Made by a program: the position numbers and the translations under genes. The notes below the pieces were generated by a model. The model was not told the origin of the DNA and did no database searches. It worked only from the letters and a program-made list of their open reading frames with translations. Positions 60,463 to 64,000 of a stretch of 64,000 bases of DNA are shown here, in pieces. Position 1 is the first letter of the stretch; the number at the start of each line of letters is the position of its first letter. Source of the stretch: Candidatus Cloacimonadota bacterium (lineage in GTDB: Bacteria > Cloacimonadota > Cloacimonadia > G963667145); the NCBI GenBank assembly GCA_963667255.1, contig OY762940.1, forward strand, positions 128,001 to 192,000, read 5' to 3'.

Positions 60463-61710
60463 GTGATAGAGCACAACGGCAAAATCTGGGATTTAATCGT
60501 CATCGGAGCAGGAGCTTCTGGACTAATGGCAGCAGGCAAAGCCTCCCGCTTGGGACACTCCGTCCTGATACTGGAAAAGATGCCCAAAATTGCCCGAAAA
60601 GTAAGAATCACTGGGAAAGGCAGATGCAACCTCACCAACACAAAATCGTGGACTGAATTTGAAAATAGCATCTTCCCTAAGCCCAATTTCTTCAAAAAAG
60701 CGTTCTTCAATTTTGACAACCTCAAAACCATCGATTTATTTGAAAAAACCCTAAGCGTGCCACTGAAAGTGGAGCGGGACAAAAGAGTTTTCCCCGTGTC
60801 CGACAAATCTTCCGAAATCATAAAAGCGTTGGATTTGTGGGCAAAACAGGCTAAAATAGTCTGCAATTGCTCGGTAACTTCCGTGGAAATAATTGGCGAC
60901 AATATCAACCGCATCATCTGCTCCCAAGATGGCAAAGCCGTCTCCTACCAAGCTCATAATTATCTCCTTGCCACAGGCGGTCTGAGTTACCCCACCACAG
61001 GTAGCACCGGAGACGGTCTCTCCTTGGCACAATCGATGGGGCACACTGTAAACCCCTGCTTGCCATCCCTCGTGCCACTCATCAGCCCCGATGTCAAAAA
61101 TCTGCAAGGGTTAGCGTTGAAAAACACAACCGCAACTCTCTTGAAAGAAAACAAAAAGATGCAAGAAGAGTTTGGCGAACTGCTGTTTACGCACAACGGA
61201 CTCTCGGGACCAACCATCCTCACACTTAGCCGACTGGCAGTTATCCTTTTGCAGCAAAACGAGAACACCTCTATCTCTCTAGATTTGAAGCCATCTCTTG
61301 CCGTTGAACAATTGTCTCAAAGAATTTCACGAGAAATCTCCACAGCTCCCGACAAGCAAATAAACACTTTTCTGAAAAATTACCTGCCACTTAGACTAAT
61401 TCCCTGCATAATCGACAGATTGGGCGTAAATCCACAATCTAAAATTTCGTCTCTGAATATCACGAAAAAATTAGCCCTTCTTCTGAAAAATCTGAATTTT
61501 ACAATTGTTGGACATTGTGGATTTGAACAAGCGATAATCACTCAGGGAGGCATCCCCACTGCTGAAATCGACAGCAAAAGTATGCGTTCCAAATTAATTA
61601 ACAACCTCTATCTATCGGGCGAGATAATCGACTTGGACGCTTACACCGGAGGGTTTAATCTGCAAATAGCGTTCTCTACAGGATACTTGGCAGGAGAGTT
61701 GAAGAAATAA
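60463..61710 (+). CDS. HI0933/BaiN-like flavoprotein
   Basis: GAGASG, TGKGRCNLTN, GGLSYP.TGSTGDG, TGGFNLQ; start uncertain. Confidence 0.9.
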   Translation: MIEHNGKIWDLIVIGAGASGLMAAGKASRLGHSVLILEKMPKIARKVRITGKGRCNLTNTKSWTEFENSIFPKPNFFKKAFFNFDNLKTIDLFEKTLSVPLKVERDKRVFPVSDKSSEIIKALDLWAKQAKIVCNCSVTSVEIIGDNINRIICSQDGKAVSYQAHNYLLATGGLSYPTTGSTGDGLSLAQSMGHTVNPCLPSLVPLISPDVKNLQGLALKNTTATLLKENKKMQEEFGELLFTHNGLSGPTILTLSRLAVILLQQNENTSISLDLKPSLAVEQLSQRISREISTAPDKQINTFLKNYLPLRLIPCIIDRLGVNPQSKISSLNITKKLALLLKNLNFTIVGHCGFEQAIITQGGIPTAEIDSKSMRSKLINNLYLSGEIIDLDAYTGGFNLQIAFSTGYLAGELKK

Positions 61711-61730
61711 GAAACAACCTCTCTTCTTAA

Positions 61731-62708
61731 TCAACTTTTCTTACGAAAAAACGACAAAGAAATTATAAGCTCTTTTCTGAAAATTTTGAGAATCAACAAT
61801 CCCAATAATATCGAATAAACAACAACCATAGTATGAGAAAAAAGTATCAAAGCAGCCACGGTATTGGTCGCAATTCCGAACATTCCACTAAAAATTATGA
61901 GAGCAGTTATTTCGTTAGAGCCGATTTGCCCGGGAGGGGAAGGCACTGCGTAAGACAAAAACAGCAGGGAGTAACCCAGAAACAGAATATCCAATGGCAT
62001 AACATAGTTAAGAGCCAAAGTCACAAAATAAAAAGCCAAGCAATTACAAAATAATGCCAAAACAGAAAGGAAAAACATTTTAACAAAAAGAGGAAGCGTA
62101 AATTTAATCCTTCTAATTCCTGCTACGAAACGGATAAACATTCCCAAGAGTTTCCGCAATTTTTTGTTGTGCCACCTTTTTCTGAGTGCAATTACCATCT
62201 TTACCCTAAAAGAAACAAATATCAAAAAAAGAAACCCAGCCAACAAAATGCCGACCAGAAAATAGATTATGTAATAAACCTCAACACTTACATCATAGCG
62301 AACAAAAGGCAAAAAACACAGAATAACAAAAATCGGCATCAAATCAAAAAGTTTATCAATAAATGCGGTAGGTAACACCCTTGACAATGGGACATTATAG
62401 CTTTTCTTGATGTAATTGCACTTTACAATTTCCGCAATTCTAATAGGAATCAAAAAGTCTATTACAGAAGCCATCGCATAAGTTTTCAAGACTTCCCAAC
62501 GCCTGACGGGAACTAATCTCTTTAGCAAAAAACTCCAACGACTACCGCGTATACAGGTGGTCGAAAAAGATACTAAGAAGAATAAAGGCAGATACCAATA
62601 ATTTATATTTTCATAATGGGCAAGGGTTTCCGAGAAATCAAAAAACTTGAAACTGAGCACCAACAATCCTACGCCAATTATAAAAAGAACAGACAATTTT
62701 TTAATCAT
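61731..62708 (-). CDS. UPF0104 / flippase-like membrane protein
   Basis: RW..LL, P.RIAE..K, DKLFD, PSPPGQIG..E. Confidence 0.75.
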   Translation of the reverse strand: MIKKLSVLFIIGVGLLVLSFKFFDFSETLAHYENINYWYLPLFFLVSFSTTCIRGSRWSFLLKRLVPVRRWEVLKTYAMASVIDFLIPIRIAEIVKCNYIKKSYNVPLSRVLPTAFIDKLFDLMPIFVILCFLPFVRYDVSVEVYYIIYFLVGILLAGFLFLIFVSFRVKMVIALRKRWHNKKLRKLLGMFIRFVAGIRRIKFTLPLFVKMFFLSVLALFCNCLAFYFVTLALNYVMPLDILFLGYSLLFLSYAVPSPPGQIGSNEITALIIFSGMFGIATNTVAALILFSHTMVVVYSILLGLLILKIFRKELIISLSFFRKKS

Positions 62709-62756
62709 GGAGCTAAGAAAGAAATAACCCGATAAGAAGCAACAATTTTCAACAAG

Positions 62757-62783
62757 AAAAAAGCCACTTCGCTAAAAGTGGCT
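62757..62783 (-). terminator. terminator of the rpoA-rplQ operon
   Basis: AGCCACTT-N6-AAGTGGCT with a T tail on the minus strand. Confidence 0.75.
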
Positions 62784-62810
62784 GTAAATAATTCAAAATA
62801 ACTTTGAAAA

Positions 62811-63260
62811 TTAACTCTCTACAACTTCTTCCGTTTCCTTAGCCAAATCCTCAAGTTTTACCTCTTTTTCAGCAGGTTCGGGAGTAGCAACAGCGGAAAC
62901 TTCCTTTTCCTCTACAAATTCGATAATCACCAACGGTGCGGCATCGCCTTTGCGAAATCCGGCTTTTATTATTCTAGTATATCCACCGTCAACGCTTTTG
63001 TATCTCGGAGCAATCTCATCAAAAAGCTTTTTAACCAAACTACGGTCGCCCAATACACTGTAAGCCAAACGACGATGATGAACTTCACCCTTTTTCCCGT
63101 AAGTAATGACTCTCTCAGCCAAACTTCTCATCTCTTTAGCCTTAGCCTCTGTAGTAGTGATGCGCTCCGATATTATCAAAGACTTCACCAAGTTTCTCAA
63201 CAACGCTTTACGATGTCCGGCTTCTCTGCCAAACTTGCGTCCTTCTTTTCTATGTCTCAT
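62811..63260 (-). CDS. rplQ: 50S ribosomal protein L17
   Basis: MRHRK, ITTTEAKAKE, GGYTRI, GDAAP. Confidence 0.98.
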   Translation of the reverse strand: MRHRKEGRKFGREAGHRKALLRNLVKSLIISERITTTEAKAKEMRSLAERVITYGKKGEVHHRRLAYSVLGDRSLVKKLFDEIAPRYKSVDGGYTRIIKAGFRKGDAAPLVIIEFVEEKEVSAVATPEPAEKEVKLEDLAKETEEVVES

Positions 63261-63268
63261 AATATCTA

Positions 63269-64000
63269 CTACCTTTTTAAAATTTTATTTCTTGCTTCCA
63301 ATATCTCAGCTTCCACTTTCTCCAAATTCATGCCCAAAGACATATCCAAATCAGAAAGAAGTTTTTTGATTTCGTCCAAAGACTTTTTACCAAAATTGCG
63401 ATATCTAAGCATTTGATTTTCGGTTTTGCTTACCAAATCTCTAACAGTCTCTATCTTGGCAGCAAGCAAACAGTTGCTGGATCTTACAGACAGCTCCATC
63501 TCGTTGACACTGGTATCCAGAAGTCTCTCAATCCTCTCCAGACGAGGGTCCATTTCCAGTTTTTCCACATATTCAGGTTCCACCTCAAATCTAACCATCT
63601 TATCGTAAAAATCTCTCAGCAATTTGCTAGCGGTGAAAAATGCTTCTTTAGGGTCTAAGCTCCCGTCAGTTGTCACTTCCAAGACCAATTTGTCGTAATC
63701 GATTTTCTTGCCGACTCTTTCGTTTTCTACAGAGAAAGCCACATTTTTGACAGGATTGAACAAAGAATCCACAGCGATGAAGCCGACAGGCAATTCAGAT
63801 TTGTCATGCTCTTCGGAAGGAACATACCCACGATTGACACCAATAATAATCTTGCAATTAATCTCATGTCCATCTTGAGTAATCTCAAAAAGTTCCAAAT
63901 CTTTATTGATAATCTCCACACCTGATTTCAAAGTAATGTCTTTAGCTGTTACCATTCCGACCTTTTTGACATTCAACTCCAAAGTAACATCTTCCAAAAA
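63269..64000 (-). CDS. rpoA: RNA polymerase subunit alpha (5' truncated by the window edge)
   Basis: RGYVP, VDSLFNPV, ELSVRSSNCL, NFGKKSL.EI. Confidence 0.98.
   Translation of the reverse strand, partial: FLEDVTLELNVKKVGMVTAKDITLKSGVEIINKDLELFEITQDGHEINCKIIIGVNRGYVPSEEHDKSELPVGFIAVDSLFNPVKNVAFSVENERVGKKIDYDKLVLEVTTDGSLDPKEAFFTASKLLRDFYDKMVRFEVEPEYVEKLEMDPRLERIERLLDTSVNEMELSVRSSNCLLAAKIETVRDLVSKTENQMLRYRNFGKKSLDEIKKLLSDLDMSLGMNLEKVEAEILEARNKILKR

Noticed and set aside
62811..62910. Acidic C-terminal extension of L17
   Set aside because: Such extensions are common in many lineages.

Overview
Bacterial chromosomal window from a diderm, probably anaerobic organism. Cloacimonadota-like is my guess and is not established here. 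It runs from the 5' part of a 16S rRNA gene (minus strand, left edge) to rplQ-rpoA (minus strand, right edge). Most of it is housekeeping and transport: a pantothenate/CoA operon (panG-like, panB, panC, split coaC/coaB, coaX, panD), uvrA, amino-acid ABC, TRAP, nucleoside ABC with a CodA-like amidohydrolase, OpuA betaine ABC, yhaM-yycJ-lolD-tamB-comEC, pdxA, panE, ispF, nfo and mgtE. The strongest candidate for an undescribed system is at 1.3-4.5 kb. An AT-rich EcsC / small membrane protein / TerB-like / GIY-YIG cassette is preceded by an intrinsic terminator. Removing an IS256-like element (24-bp inverted repeats, 8-bp target duplication) in silico restores a leaderless 60-aa leader ORF containing an 18-copy pentanucleotide repeat. 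Repeat number decides whether this ORF stops before, inside or after the terminator, which suggests a slippage-controlled attenuator. Also notable: a family of co-oriented mosaic palindromic intergenic repeats carrying terminators and stop codons, and two tandem GLUG-repeat exported proteins that share about 590 apparently identical bp, one with a +1 frameshift.
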